A stretch of DNA of 64,000 nt from Oscillospiraceae bacterium (GCA_015069205.1 SVIZ01000010.1:15938-79937); one strand, 5' to 3'. Shown: positions 19,656 through 29,358, numbered from the stretch's first letter. Notes: a model not told the origin generated them from the sequence alone. A program made the numbers and translations.

Positions 19656-20915
19656 ATGAATAAAATAATCGGAAAGATCCTGGCATGTGTTTATTGTGCC
19701 GTTATTGTTGCGACCACAGTGTATTTCACCATCAGAGATGCAAACCGCAACATCATAAAAGACGTAACGATCGAAGCAGGTTCCCAGATCAAGATCGAGG
19801 ACTTCTTCAAAGACTGCCCGGATGATGCCAGGTTCGTAACCGACATCTCAGGCATAGATACAAGCGTCCCTTCGATCTACATGCTTAAGGTCTTTTACGA
19901 CGAAGCATTCGAAAAGGACGTCACCTTAAGGATCGAAGACCACACCGCACCCAAGGGGATCGCACTTCCCCATAATCAGTATGCAAGTCTTGCATGGCCT
20001 GAAGCATCCGAATGCGTCGGATATCTTTACGACCTTTCAGGCATTGCATCAATTGAATATAAGAACGGTGTTCCGGATTACCAGCTTACGGGTGATTATC
20101 TTGTTCCTGTGGTTGTTACAGACTGGTACAACAATTCAACCGTAATAGAGGTTCCTTTTCATGTAACAGACGACCATAACGCACCGCTGTTTTACGGCAT
20201 CCACGACATCACGATCGGTGACGCTGAAGATACTGTAATCAACTATTTGGACGGCATCACGGTAACGGATGATTACGATGAAGATCCTTTTGTTATGGTC
20301 GATTCTTCCAGAGTACAGATAGGTGAGCCCGGTATATATACAGTTTCATATATTGCTAAAGATGTCGCAGGAAACATAAGAAGACAGGATGCCCATGTTA
20401 CCATCAAGAGCACAGATACAGATGAAAGTGTCTCCGGTGCCGGTAGCATGTGGGATTCACCTTATCATAATGAGCTGTACAGGCTCGCGTATGATCTTCT
20501 CGATGAATTGAGAGGTGATGATGACAGAGAGACTGCTCTTAATATTTTCACCTGGGTTCATTCATATGTATCTTATGAGACCGTTATGGGAACCATTACG
20601 TTTGAAGAAGCAGCGTACAATGCGCTTACAAAACACTCCGGAGACTGCTACGGCTTCTATGCCTGCTGCAAAGTGCTCCTTGACTGTGCGGGAATCCCGA
20701 ACATGACAGTGCTTAGAGATCCGATCACATATAACGGACATTACTGGAATCTCGTCAAAATAGATGGCGAGTGGTATCATTGTGATTCGACGAAGTTCAT
20801 GAACCATCAGTCTCTGTATTTCGGACTTACGGATGATGAGATCATGGATAGCCGTCATCAGTTTAACGGTTCAATGCTGCCGGTAAGAGCAGACGGAACC
20901 CCTGAATACGCCTAA
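19656..20915 (+). CDS. Membrane-anchored Ig-like-repeat / transglutaminase-like protein (paralog E)
   Basis: N-terminal TM, DHTAP/DHNAP repeats, triad GDCY...HYWN...WYHCD. Confidence 0.8.
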   Translation: MNKIIGKILACVYCAVIVATTVYFTIRDANRNIIKDVTIEAGSQIKIEDFFKDCPDDARFVTDISGIDTSVPSIYMLKVFYDEAFEKDVTLRIEDHTAPKGIALPHNQYASLAWPEASECVGYLYDLSGIASIEYKNGVPDYQLTGDYLVPVVVTDWYNNSTVIEVPFHVTDDHNAPLFYGIHDITIGDAEDTVINYLDGITVTDDYDEDPFVMVDSSRVQIGEPGIYTVSYIAKDVAGNIRRQDAHVTIKSTDTDESVSGAGSMWDSPYHNELYRLAYDLLDELRGDDDRETALNIFTWVHSYVSYETVMGTITFEEAAYNALTKHSGDCYGFYACCKVLLDCAGIPNMTVLRDPITYNGHYWNLVKIDGEWYHCDSTKFMNHQSLYFGLTDDEIMDSRHQFNGSMLPVRADGTPEYA

Positions 20916-20968
20916 TCTGAACAGATTTAAGATAATAGGAAAAGGAAAAGAAAAAAGGAGAAAAGAAA

Positions 20969-21544
20969 ATGAAGAAAACAAAGATCATGACAGCAGCCAT
21001 CGCTTTGTGCATGGCAGCAACAATGTTTGCAGGGTGCTCAACCAATGAGACAGTTGGCGAGACAGCTGTAGCTACACGCATCGAGGGCGGTCAGACACAG
21101 ATCGCAATCGAGAATTCAGATGTTGAGACAGGTGAGGCTGTAAGAGGTTACGCTTTCTCACACAACGGATACGAGATCGGCATCGGCTCTAATGAAGAGC
21201 TTGTATTTACTGCAATGGGCGAACCTTCTGATTCAGAAGCTGTTGCTAATTGCGCCGGCCTGGGCATGGGAATCAACAACTACTATTACGATGGCAGAGT
21301 ATTCATTCAGATCGCAGATACTACAGGAACAGTAACACAGATCTTTATCAGCGATCCTATCATCGACTGCGGCGGTGTTGCAGTAGGAGATTCTGTAGAT
21401 GCTATTACTTCCGTTTACGGCGAGCCTTCTTTCCAGAGTGAGTTCATCATTGAGTATAAAAAGGATGGCATGACACTTCAGTTTGAGTTGGAGAACGGTA
21501 AGGTGTCAAAGATCTGGTATCTCGAGAACGCAACCGTAGAATAA
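20969..21544 (+). CDS. Lipoprotein of unknown function (paralog of 15704-16249)
   Basis: Lipobox FAG-C; NCAGLG motif; GVAVGDSVDAITSVYGE. Confidence 0.75.
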   Translation: MKKTKIMTAAIALCMAATMFAGCSTNETVGETAVATRIEGGQTQIAIENSDVETGEAVRGYAFSHNGYEIGIGSNEELVFTAMGEPSDSEAVANCAGLGMGINNYYYDGRVFIQIADTTGTVTQIFISDPIIDCGGVAVGDSVDAITSVYGEPSFQSEFIIEYKKDGMTLQFELENGKVSKIWYLENATVE

Positions 21545-21607
21545 ACGAGAATTTCGGCGAATTTCGACGATTTTAAGAGAATTCTTAAAGTTTTTTCGAG
21601 AAAATTG

Positions 21608-21636
21608 TTGACATATCCGTGCAAGGCGGTTATTAT
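21608..21636 (+). promoter_or_regulatory. Sigma-A promoter of rplM-rpsI
   Basis: TTGACA-17 nt-TATTAT. Confidence 0.8.
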
Positions 21637-21715
21637 ATCCGAGCTTGCGCATAAAAAGGGTGTATTTTGCCCTTTCGTGAGATAAAAAAATCAATGAATT
21701 TAAGGAGACAAACAC

Positions 21716-22144
21716 ATGGGCACATATGTTGCAACCAAGGATTCAATTGAAAGGAAATGGCTCGTAATCGACGCAGAGGGCATGGTTCTCGGTCGTTGCG
21801 CTACAGAAGTTGCTAAGCTCTTAAGAGGTAAGCACAAGCCTACATACACTCCTTTCCTTGATACCGGAGATAACGTAATCGTAATCAACGTTGATAAGTT
21901 GGTTCTTACAGGTAAGAAGCTCGACGATAAGAAGTATCGTCATCACTCAGGTTTCCCGGGTGGACTTAAGGAAGTAGACTACCGCACATTGATGGCAAAG
22001 AACCCTGAGAAGGCTTTCGAGATCGCAGTTAAGGGCATGCTCCCTAAGAACTCTCTCGGCCGTCAGATGTTCAGAAAGCTTCACGTATATGCTGGTCCTG
22101 ACTATGAGCAGACAGCACAGAAGCCTGAAGTTTACACATTCTAA
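21716..22144 (+). CDS. rplM: 50S ribosomal protein L13
   Basis: [34 protein letters not shown]. Confidence 0.98.
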   Translation: MGTYVATKDSIERKWLVIDAEGMVLGRCATEVAKLLRGKHKPTYTPFLDTGDNVIVINVDKLVLTGKKLDDKKYRHHSGFPGGLKEVDYRTLMAKNPEKAFEIAVKGMLPKNSLGRQMFRKLHVYAGPDYEQTAQKPEVYTF

Positions 22145-22161
22145 TCGGAGGACTACTGATA

Positions 22162-22575
22162 ATGGCAGCAAAGAAAACAAGCAGCAAAGTATATTATTAC
22201 GGCACAGGCCGTCGTAAGGACGCAGTAGCAGCCGTTCGTTTGGTTCCCGGTAAGGGCAAGATCACGATCAACGGCAAGGATATCGATGATTACTTCGGTC
22301 TTGATACATTGAAGCTCATCGTTCGTCAGCCTCTCGCAGCTACACAGACTGAGGATAAGTTCGATGTTATCGTTAAGGCTGTAGGCGGCGGTATTTCCGG
22401 TCAGGCTGGTGCTATCCGTCACGGTATTTCAAGAGCTTTGGTTGAAGCTGATGAAGAGAGCTACAAGGCAGTTCTCAAGGAGAGCGGATTCCTCACACGT
22501 GACGCACGTATGAAGGAAAGAAAGAAGCCGGGTCTCAAGAAGGCAAGAAAGGCTTCACAGTTCTCAAAGCGTTAA
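22162..22575 (+). CDS. rpsI: 30S ribosomal protein S9
   Basis: [43 protein letters not shown]. Confidence 0.98.
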   Translation: MAAKKTSSKVYYYGTGRRKDAVAAVRLVPGKGKITINGKDIDDYFGLDTLKLIVRQPLAATQTEDKFDVIVKAVGGGISGQAGAIRHGISRALVEADEESYKAVLKESGFLTRDARMKERKKPGLKKARKASQFSKR

Positions 22576-22602
22576 TCGTTATCCGATTTACTACAGAACT
22601 TC

Positions 22603-22632
22603 AAAGGTCGTTCCGTTTGGAACGGCCTTTTT
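22603..22632 (+). terminator. Terminator of rplM-rpsI
   Basis: AAAGGTCGTTCC-gttt-GGAACGGCCTTT followed by TT. Confidence 0.88.
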
Positions 22633-22637
22633 GTTTG

Positions 22638-22694
22638 TTGACATTGTAACACGCTGGTGTTATATTTTAGATAATATAACACGACTGTGTTATA
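22638..22694 (+). promoter_or_regulatory. Promoter with two palindromic operators (TAACAC-N4-GTGTTA)
   Basis: TTGACA(22638)-17 nt-TATATT(22661); palindromes at 22647-22662 and 22677-22692. Confidence 0.8.
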
Positions 22695-22716
22695 CCTTGC
22701 GCAAGGAGTTATTGTT

Positions 22717-23232
22717 ATGAATAGTGGTTTTAAAGATGCATTAAATGACAGTGGAATGACTATGTATAGTCTTTCCAAGCAGACCGGACTTCCATATACG
22801 ACCATCAACAGGCTGGTAAATGAGAAATTAAGTATTAACAACTGCAATGCCGGCGCAGTATTCAAGATAGCCTCAGCACTTGGCGTTCAGATGGAAGTTC
22901 TGATGAGAGGCGAGTGTGTTTACACACTGGATGAGATAGCTGAACGGATTGCCCCTGTAGCAAAAAAATACAATATCCCCAAAGTTTATATTTTCGGTTC
23001 CTATGCAAGAGGAGAAGCAAATCCTGACAGCGATGTTGATCTGATGATAGAGGGCGGTGATTTTGGTGCGCTTGATATTGTCGGAATTATGGAAGATTTC
23101 AAAGAGTCACTAAATAAATCAGTGGATCTGATTAATTATGAGACGCTTTCTCAGGAAACAACGATCGAGAGGTCAAAAGAATTCATTAAAAACGTAAATA
23201 AGGAGAAGATCAAACTATATGAATCAGCGTGA
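22717..23232 (+). CDS. HTH-nucleotidyltransferase (MNT) antitoxin
   Basis: N-terminal HTH (MTMYSLSKQTGLPYTTINRL) fused to IFGSYARGEANPDSDVDL; start set to ATG 22717 after RBS AAGGAG. Confidence 0.88.
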   Translation: MNSGFKDALNDSGMTMYSLSKQTGLPYTTINRLVNEKLSINNCNAGAVFKIASALGVQMEVLMRGECVYTLDEIAERIAPVAKKYNIPKVYIFGSYARGEANPDSDVDLMIEGGDFGALDIVGIMEDFKESLNKSVDLINYETLSQETTIERSKEFIKNVNKEKIKLYESA

Positions 23233-23569
23233 TGAACAGACAATTACACATATCTATTTCCATTGTAAAGAGGTAGAAGATTTCATTGAAAGATTTGGAG
23301 ATTCATTCGATTCCTTTAGCCAGGATCGTGCATATTTCAATTCGGTATGCATGTCGATCATGTAAATAAGCGAACTGTCCAGAGTATTATCAGATGAATA
23401 CTGCGAGTCAACAAAAGATAAGATGCCATGGGCAAAAGTAAAAGGCATAAAAAATATCATTGCACACGGATATAGTGAGCTAAATGAAAAGGCTATGTGG
23501 AAAACAGCAAAAGAAGATGTCCCTGTGTTAAAGAAGATCTGCAAAGAATTGATATCGATTGAAGAATAA
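23219..23569 (+). pseudogene. HEPN/DUF86 toxin pseudogene
   Basis: MNQRD...NSVCMSIM*ISELSR...MPWAKVKGIKNIIAHGY...; in-frame TAA at 23363-23365; RX4H motif reads KNIIAH. Confidence 0.88.
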
Positions 23570-23630
23570 TCCTGGTTTTGCTATTTATCCTCTTTGAATG
23601 TAGAATTACTACGCAAAGGAAGGATAGGGC

Positions 23631-24107
23631 ATGATCAAATTCAAGACTACATCTCCGGAACAGACAGAAAGATTTGGCTATGAACTTGCCAAGTCTCTTG
23701 TTGCCGGAGATGTTATCGCATTGACAGGAGATCTGGGTGCGGGAAAGACATGTCTTACAAGAGGCATTTCAGGCGGTCTTGGTTCCACATCCCATGTATC
23801 GAGTCCTACTTTTACCATAGTTAACGAATACGAAGGCGGAAGACTTATGCTCTTCCACTTTGATACATACAGACTTTCAGGGCCTGACGATTTCCTTATG
23901 AGCGGTCTTGATGAGTATTTTTTCAGAGGCGGCGTGTGTGTCATCGAATGGAGTGACATAATAGAGGAACTGTTGCCTGAAGACACGATTAAGATGACAA
24001 TAACAGGTGACGGCAACACGAGAACTTTCGAGTGTGAGTCAGGTGAGAAGCACATAAACTATATTAAAGAGGCAGCTGAAAAGGCGGGAGCAGAGATCGA
24101 AGAATGA
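23631..24107 (+). CDS. tsaE: tRNA t6A biosynthesis ATPase
   Basis: LTGDLGAGKT, VSSPTFTIVNEY, HFDTYRL, VIEWS. Confidence 0.95.
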   Translation: MIKFKTTSPEQTERFGYELAKSLVAGDVIALTGDLGAGKTCLTRGISGGLGSTSHVSSPTFTIVNEYEGGRLMLFHFDTYRLSGPDDFLMSGLDEYFFRGGVCVIEWSDIIEELLPEDTIKMTITGDGNTRTFECESGEKHINYIKEAAEKAGAEIEE

Positions 24108-24820
24108 GATTACTTGTCTGTGATACATCAAACAGCAACTGCAGTGCCGGAATCTTTGAAGACGGCAAGGAGATCTGCTACGAGCTTTCTTTTGAAACGC
24201 TGACTCATTCAGAGACCTTTATGCCTCTGGTCCATAGGGTAATGGAGAAAGCGAAGATCAAGCACGAAGACCTGGATGGTTATGCTGTAACTGTCGGTCC
24301 GGGTTCATTTACCGGAATAAGGATCGGACTTGCTGCGGTTAAGGGTATGGCACTTGCATCAGGCAAAAAGTGCATAGCCGTATCATCAACAGAAGCTCTT
24401 GCGAGATCGTGCGAGAATGTGACCATGACACCCAAAAATGAGACGCTGATCGTTCCTGCGATCGATGCCAGGAACAACAGGGTTTTCGCTCAGACGGCAG
24501 AAGATGACACGTTAAGATCTTTGCTGGCCGAAGATGCATACGATGCCGATGCATTCGTCGCAAAGATCGAGAAAATACCTGAGATAATCTATGGTGCAAG
24601 ACGCCAGATCATAGTCGTGGGAAGCGGCGCAAACGTAATGAAGAAAGCATTTGAGAAGGCAAAGTCCGGACTTAATATCTACTATGCACCGGGCGCCGCG
24701 ATAATGCCCAAGGGTGTTGCGCTTGCTGCTTTTGCAAGCGGTAAGCTTATCGATGCAAGAGATTTAAAAGCATCTTATTGTGCCGTTTCACAGGCTGAAA
24801 GGCTTAAGAAGAATGGCTGA
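24104..24820 (+). CDS. tsaB: tRNA t6A biosynthesis protein
   Basis: CDTS, HSETFMP, VTVGPGSFTGIRIG, IDARN. Confidence 0.95.
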   Translation: MRLLVCDTSNSNCSAGIFEDGKEICYELSFETLTHSETFMPLVHRVMEKAKIKHEDLDGYAVTVGPGSFTGIRIGLAAVKGMALASGKKCIAVSSTEALARSCENVTMTPKNETLIVPAIDARNNRVFAQTAEDDTLRSLLAEDAYDADAFVAKIEKIPEIIYGARRQIIVVGSGANVMKKAFEKAKSGLNIYYAPGAAIMPKGVALAAFASGKLIDARDLKASYCAVSQAERLKKNG

Positions 24821-25262
24821 GCCTGAGATAATCATCAGACCCGCAGAACTTGATGACGTATCTGAGATCATGGAACTTGAGACCGGTTCCATCGTTCATC
24901 CGTGGGAAAGAAAAGCGATCGAATCACTTATAACCGATGACAATAAAAGATGCCTCGTTGCCGTAGCTGACGGAAAGATCGCAGGCTATGTCGGTGCTGA
25001 ATCAGTGCTTGATGAGAGCAACATCGGCAACATCGTAACGCACAAGGAATTCAGGGGAAAAGGCATAGGTACAAAGCTTTTCCTTGCGATGTTAGATGAG
25101 CTTAAAGCATCCGGGATCGTGAAGGTTTTTCTCGAGGTTGAGCACGATAACGTTCCTGCGTTAAGACTTTATGAGAAGCTCAGATTTGTGAAATACGGTC
25201 ACAGACGTGATTATTACGGTGCAGGCAAAGATGCTGTCCTGATGAGCCTGGATCTTGATTGA
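24813..25262 (+). CDS. rimI: Ribosomal-protein alanine N-acetyltransferase
   Basis: GNAT motif FRGKGIG, FLEV, RRDYY...DAVLM; follows tsaE-tsaB; start set to ATG 24813. Confidence 0.9.
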   Translation: MAEPEIIIRPAELDDVSEIMELETGSIVHPWERKAIESLITDDNKRCLVAVADGKIAGYVGAESVLDESNIGNIVTHKEFRGKGIGTKLFLAMLDELKASGIVKVFLEVEHDNVPALRLYEKLRFVKYGHRRDYYGAGKDAVLMSLDLD

Positions 25263-25402
25263 TATTTTTACCAAAAGGTTTTGTCAAAACACATTCATTT
25301 GGGGTAAATAGTCGAAATTGGGCAAATCGGCCTGTTTTCTGTTGATTTTCGAAAGACTCAAAAATATACTTATGAGGTATTTAAAGAGGGGTGTACCTGA
25401 TT

Positions 25403-25669
25403 ATGACTAAAGAAAAGATTGTTTTTGATTGTGAAGATGCTTTGCAGATGAAGGCCGTTGCGGTCATGATTCAGAAAGCTTCACAGTTCCACAGCACAAT
25501 CTATATTGTCCGCAGTGGCAGAAGAGCTAATGCGAAGAGCCTGTTGGGTGTTATGTCCCTCGGTATCGAGAACGGCGCCGAGATCGAGATAGAAGCTAAC
25601 GGCGACGATGAGAAGGAAGCTTGCGACGCACTTCTTGCCCATCTTAAGAATCCTAAGATCGCAGTGTAA
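25403..25669 (+). CDS. HPr-family protein, Crh-like (Gln15, Ser46)
   Basis: NAKSLLGVMSLG with Ser at position 46; position 15 is Gln, not His. Confidence 0.88.
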   Translation: MTKEKIVFDCEDALQMKAVAVMIQKASQFHSTIYIVRSGRRANAKSLLGVMSLGIENGAEIEIEANGDDEKEACDALLAHLKNPKIAV

Positions 25670-27531
25670 TGCCCGCCGGTAAATTCGACGCGCGTCTGGA
25701 CACTGTTCCATTAAGCCCCGGAGTGTACCTTATGAAGGACTCTTCGGGCTGTGTTATTTATGTAGGTAAAGCAAAAAAACTCAGAAACAGACTGAAGAGT
25801 TATTTCGGAGGCGGCACGATATCCAGTCCCAAGGTAAGGGCTATGGTATCCCATGTTGCCGATTTTGAATACACGGTCGTAGGCTCCGAACCTGAGGCGC
25901 TCCTGCTCGAAAATAATCTCATCAAGAGATACCAGCCAAAGTACAATATCCTGCTCCGTGACGATAAAGGATATCCCTATATCTGCGTCACACTGAACGA
26001 AGCATATCCGAGAGTTTTCAAAGCATTCAGGCCTGACCCTGAAGCGCGCAAAAAGGGCGCGAGATACTATGGTCCTTACATGGGTTCCGATTGCTTTGAA
26101 GTATTGAAAGCTATCAATGACATCTTCCCGTTAAAGCGCTGCAAGAAGATCTTTCCGAGAGACATCGGCAAGGAAAGACCCTGCCTTAACTATCACATCG
26201 GAAAGTGCATGGCGCCCTGTCTCGGCACGGTAAAAAGTGACGATTACCGCAACATGGTAAATCAGATCGTGCAGTTCTTTGAAGGTAAATACGACGGCAT
26301 CGAGAAAGACATTAAAGCCCAGATGGAAGTATGTTCAGAGAACCTCGAATTCGAGAAAGCGGGAGCATTAAGGGACAGACTTTACGCGCTCCGGGCAATC
26401 CGCCAGAACCAGAGAGTTTACCTCGATATCGAGCGTGACGTTGATGCCATCGGACTTTATTCCGACTGCGGTGAGACGTGCGTAAGAAAACTCGAATTAA
26501 GACAGGGAAGGATAGTAGGTTCGTCAACATATTTCTTTGCGGGTGAAGAAGGCGATCAGGAAGAGATCTTAATGAATTTCCTGATGCAGTATTACGAAGA
26601 TGCGCCGTTCATTCCGCCGCTCATTCTGGTGCCTTTTACGATGGAGGAAAACGATCTCGAAGTCATCGAGAAAACGCTCACCGAAAAGCTCGGAAAGAAC
26701 TGCAGGCTTCATGTTGCAGAGCGCGGCGAATTAAGAGAACTTGCAGATCTCGCAAAGAACAATGCACGCGAGATGATGGTAAGAAGGATCTTAAGGGGCG
26801 GCGCTGCAAATGCTGATCCGTCAGTGCCTTTGAGATATCTTGAAGAACTTTTGGGCGCACCGCAGGGAAGACTTTCGAGAGCAGAATCATTCGATATTTC
26901 CAACCTTGGAAATGACGATATCTGCGCCGGCATGGTCGTGTTCAAAGACGGCCGCGCGGACAAGCAGTCCTACAGATTATTCAAGATGAAAAGAGTCGAA
27001 TCACAGGACGACTACCAGTCGATGAGAGAGACTCTAGAGAGAAGATTTTCGCACAACGAAGAAGACGGATTTAAGTATCCGGATATCATATTGGTCGACG
27101 GCGGAAAAGGACAGCTTGAAGCAGTTGCATCAGTCGTAAGATCCATGAAGGGAACAGAGGATATCTATCTTGCCGGCATGGTCAAAAACGACAGGCATAA
27201 GACTGCGGGAATCGTTTTTGAAGACGGACGCGAGATAAGGCTTGAAGGAAGAACCCTTACCGACAGCGAGATGGGGCTTTTGAGATTCCTTACGACTGTA
27301 CAGAACGAAGTCCACAGGTTCGCGATCTCATATCAGCATAAACTTGCAGGCAAACGCAACATCAGATACAAGCTCGAAAACATCGAGGGAATAGGTCCTG
27401 CAAAGCGCAAGAATCTGCTCTCGCATTTTGGTACAATAAAAGCCGTGGAAAATGCGACCGAAGAACAGCTTAAAGAAGTTAAAGGTATTTCGGACAAGGA
27501 CGCTTCGGCAATTTATCAGTATTTTCACTAG
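25669..27531 (+). CDS. uvrC: Excinuclease ABC subunit C
   Basis: GIY-YIG (PGVYLMKD..IYVGKAK), UVR motif, FDISN, DGGKGQ, C-terminal HhH. Confidence 0.97.
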   Translation: MPAGKFDARLDTVPLSPGVYLMKDSSGCVIYVGKAKKLRNRLKSYFGGGTISSPKVRAMVSHVADFEYTVVGSEPEALLLENNLIKRYQPKYNILLRDDKGYPYICVTLNEAYPRVFKAFRPDPEARKKGARYYGPYMGSDCFEVLKAINDIFPLKRCKKIFPRDIGKERPCLNYHIGKCMAPCLGTVKSDDYRNMVNQIVQFFEGKYDGIEKDIKAQMEVCSENLEFEKAGALRDRLYALRAIRQNQRVYLDIERDVDAIGLYSDCGETCVRKLELRQGRIVGSSTYFFAGEEGDQEEILMNFLMQYYEDAPFIPPLILVPFTMEENDLEVIEKTLTEKLGKNCRLHVAERGELRELADLAKNNAREMMVRRILRGGAANADPSVPLRYLEELLGAPQGRLSRAESFDISNLGNDDICAGMVVFKDGRADKQSYRLFKMKRVESQDDYQSMRETLERRFSHNEEDGFKYPDIILVDGGKGQLEAVASVVRSMKGTEDIYLAGMVKNDRHKTAGIVFEDGREIRLEGRTLTDSEMGLLRFLTTVQNEVHRFAISYQHKLAGKRNIRYKLENIEGIGPAKRKNLLSHFGTIKAVENATEEQLKEVKGISDKDASAIYQYFH

Positions 27532-27539
27532 GAGTATTG

Positions 27540-28256
27540 ATGGCAATCTATGCACTGGCAGATCTTCACCTGTCACTGAGTATCCCCGGCAAAACGATGG
27601 AGGTATTCGGTTCATCCTGGGGTGATTATATCTCGAGGGTAAAGGATAACTGGGAAAGCACAGTTACCGGTGCTGACACGGTGCTCATTGCAGGCGATAT
27701 TTCCTGGTCAACATACATCGACAAAGCAGATGAGGATTTCCGCTTCATATCAGAACTTCCCGGAAGAAAACTTCTCTCGCGCGGCAACCACGATTACTGG
27801 TGGACGACGATGAGGAAGATGGAAGAATATTTCGCTTCCAACGGCTTTAATAATCTCGAGCTCGTAAGGACCAATGTCACCGAAGCAGATGGCTGCCTCA
27901 TATCAGGCACTAGAGGCTGGATGATCGAGACAAAAGAAAGTCTTGACGGTTCTGATAACAGGAAGATCTATGAGCGCGAAAAGTTAAGGATAAAGATGTG
28001 CATCGACGAACTCGTTAAGGCTGATCCTGAGCACGGTAAAAAGCACATCATGATGATCCACTATCCGCCTGTAACTTCCAGGATGGATTTCACCGAATTT
28101 GCCGACATGATGGCTGAAGGCGGCATCGACATCTGCGTTTACGGCCATCTTCACGGAACTGCCCACAAGAAAGCTTACGAGGGCGACTATAAGGGCATGA
28201 AGCTCATCTGCTCTTCTGCTGATTACGTCGGGTTTAAACCGGTCAGGGTAATCTGA
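27540..28256 (+). CDS. Calcineurin-like metallophosphoesterase
   Basis: ADLH, AGDISW, RGNHDYW, HYPP, YGHLH. Confidence 0.9.
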   Translation: MAIYALADLHLSLSIPGKTMEVFGSSWGDYISRVKDNWESTVTGADTVLIAGDISWSTYIDKADEDFRFISELPGRKLLSRGNHDYWWTTMRKMEEYFASNGFNNLELVRTNVTEADGCLISGTRGWMIETKESLDGSDNRKIYEREKLRIKMCIDELVKADPEHGKKHIMMIHYPPVTSRMDFTEFADMMAEGGIDICVYGHLHGTAHKKAYEGDYKGMKLICSSADYVGFKPVRVI

Positions 28257-28470
28257 GCAAAAACGGGTGATCCCAAGGGACCCAAAATACACCCCGGGAA
28301 AATTTTTTCGAGTCCGCAAACGCAATGAATTAAGGCGTTTGCGGGACAGATAAATTATCTTTGATAGACATCGCTATATATATAATATATAATACTTTTG
28401 GGCTTAAAGCAGAGGGATATCCCTTGTGCGCAAGCCCGTTTTTGTCTATATCTTCATTAGGGGTAATCAC

Positions 28471-29358
28471 ATGGCATACTCGATGACAGGCTTCGGCCGT
28501 GGCGAGAAAGTTTACGACACCAGAAAATACAATATTGAACTGAAATCCGTTAATTCCAGATTCTGCGATATATCGATCAGAATGCCCAGAATGTTCAACT
28601 ATCTTGACGGTGATATCCGCCGCATAGTTACGGACAGACTCTTAAGAGGCAAGATCGACATCTTCATCAATTACGAAGACCAGGGCGAGGCAGGCCAGAC
28701 TGTCACGGTTAATTCCGGTCTTGCAAAGGAATACTCCGAAGCAGCGAAGGCTATCAGCGCAGTTACCGGAAGAGAAGATGATTTCGGCGTTGCTAGGATC
28801 GCGACGATGCAGGACGTGCTTAGCGTCACGCAGAACCAGATCGATGAGGAAGCTGCTTCAAAAGAACTTCTTGAGACATTGAATCTTGCGATCGACGGAA
28901 TGCTCGCGATGAGAAAGAAAGAAGGAGACAACCTGGTTGTTTCCATCCTTTCCAAGATCGATTCACTCGAAGGAATCAGAGGCGAAGTAGTAACAAGAGC
29001 ACCTGAAGTTGTTGAAGCATATAAGCAGAAGCTTTCAGCAAGGATCAACGAGATCTTAACAAGTGACCAGAGAGAATTCTACGACGATAACCGTCTTGCT
29101 GCAGAAGTTGCGATCTTTGCAGACAAGTGTGCAATCGACGAGGAGATGGCAAGACTTTCATCCCACTTCTCACAGGCCAGAAAGATCCTTGCAGAAGAAG
29201 GTCCCGTCGGTAAGAAGATGGATTTCCTAGTTCAGGAGATCAACCGCGAGGTTAACACAACGGGAAGCAAGGCCAATGACATCGAGATCACTTCAAGAGT
29301 TCTTTCCATGAAGAACCTCGTAGAAGAGATCAGGGAACAGATTCAGAATCTCGTATAA
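28471..29358 (+). CDS. yicC: YicC/YloC-family endoribonuclease
   Basis: SMTGFGR, SVNSRF, RGKID, GKKMDFLVQEINREVNTTGSK, EQIQNL; start set to ATG 28471. Confidence 0.93.
   Translation: MAYSMTGFGRGEKVYDTRKYNIELKSVNSRFCDISIRMPRMFNYLDGDIRRIVTDRLLRGKIDIFINYEDQGEAGQTVTVNSGLAKEYSEAAKAISAVTGREDDFGVARIATMQDVLSVTQNQIDEEAASKELLETLNLAIDGMLAMRKKEGDNLVVSILSKIDSLEGIRGEVVTRAPEVVEAYKQKLSARINEILTSDQREFYDDNRLAAEVAIFADKCAIDEEMARLSSHFSQARKILAEEGPVGKKMDFLVQEINREVNTTGSKANDIEITSRVLSMKNLVEEIREQIQNLV

Noticed and set aside
21637-21715. L13 leader RNA
   Set aside because: The position fits and a small hairpin exists, but I could not confirm the consensus without a covariance model
23254-23544. 96-aa minus-strand ORF
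   Set aside because: Antisense to the HEPN pseudogene, which has recognisable motifs
23631-25262. Absence of tsaD after tsaE-tsaB-rimI
   Set aside because: Split tsa clusters are common; tsaD is probably elsewhere in the genome
28313-28348. GTCCGCAAACGC...GCGTTTGCGGGAC hairpin as a REP-like repeat family
   Set aside because: Only one full copy in the window; adequately explained as a terminator
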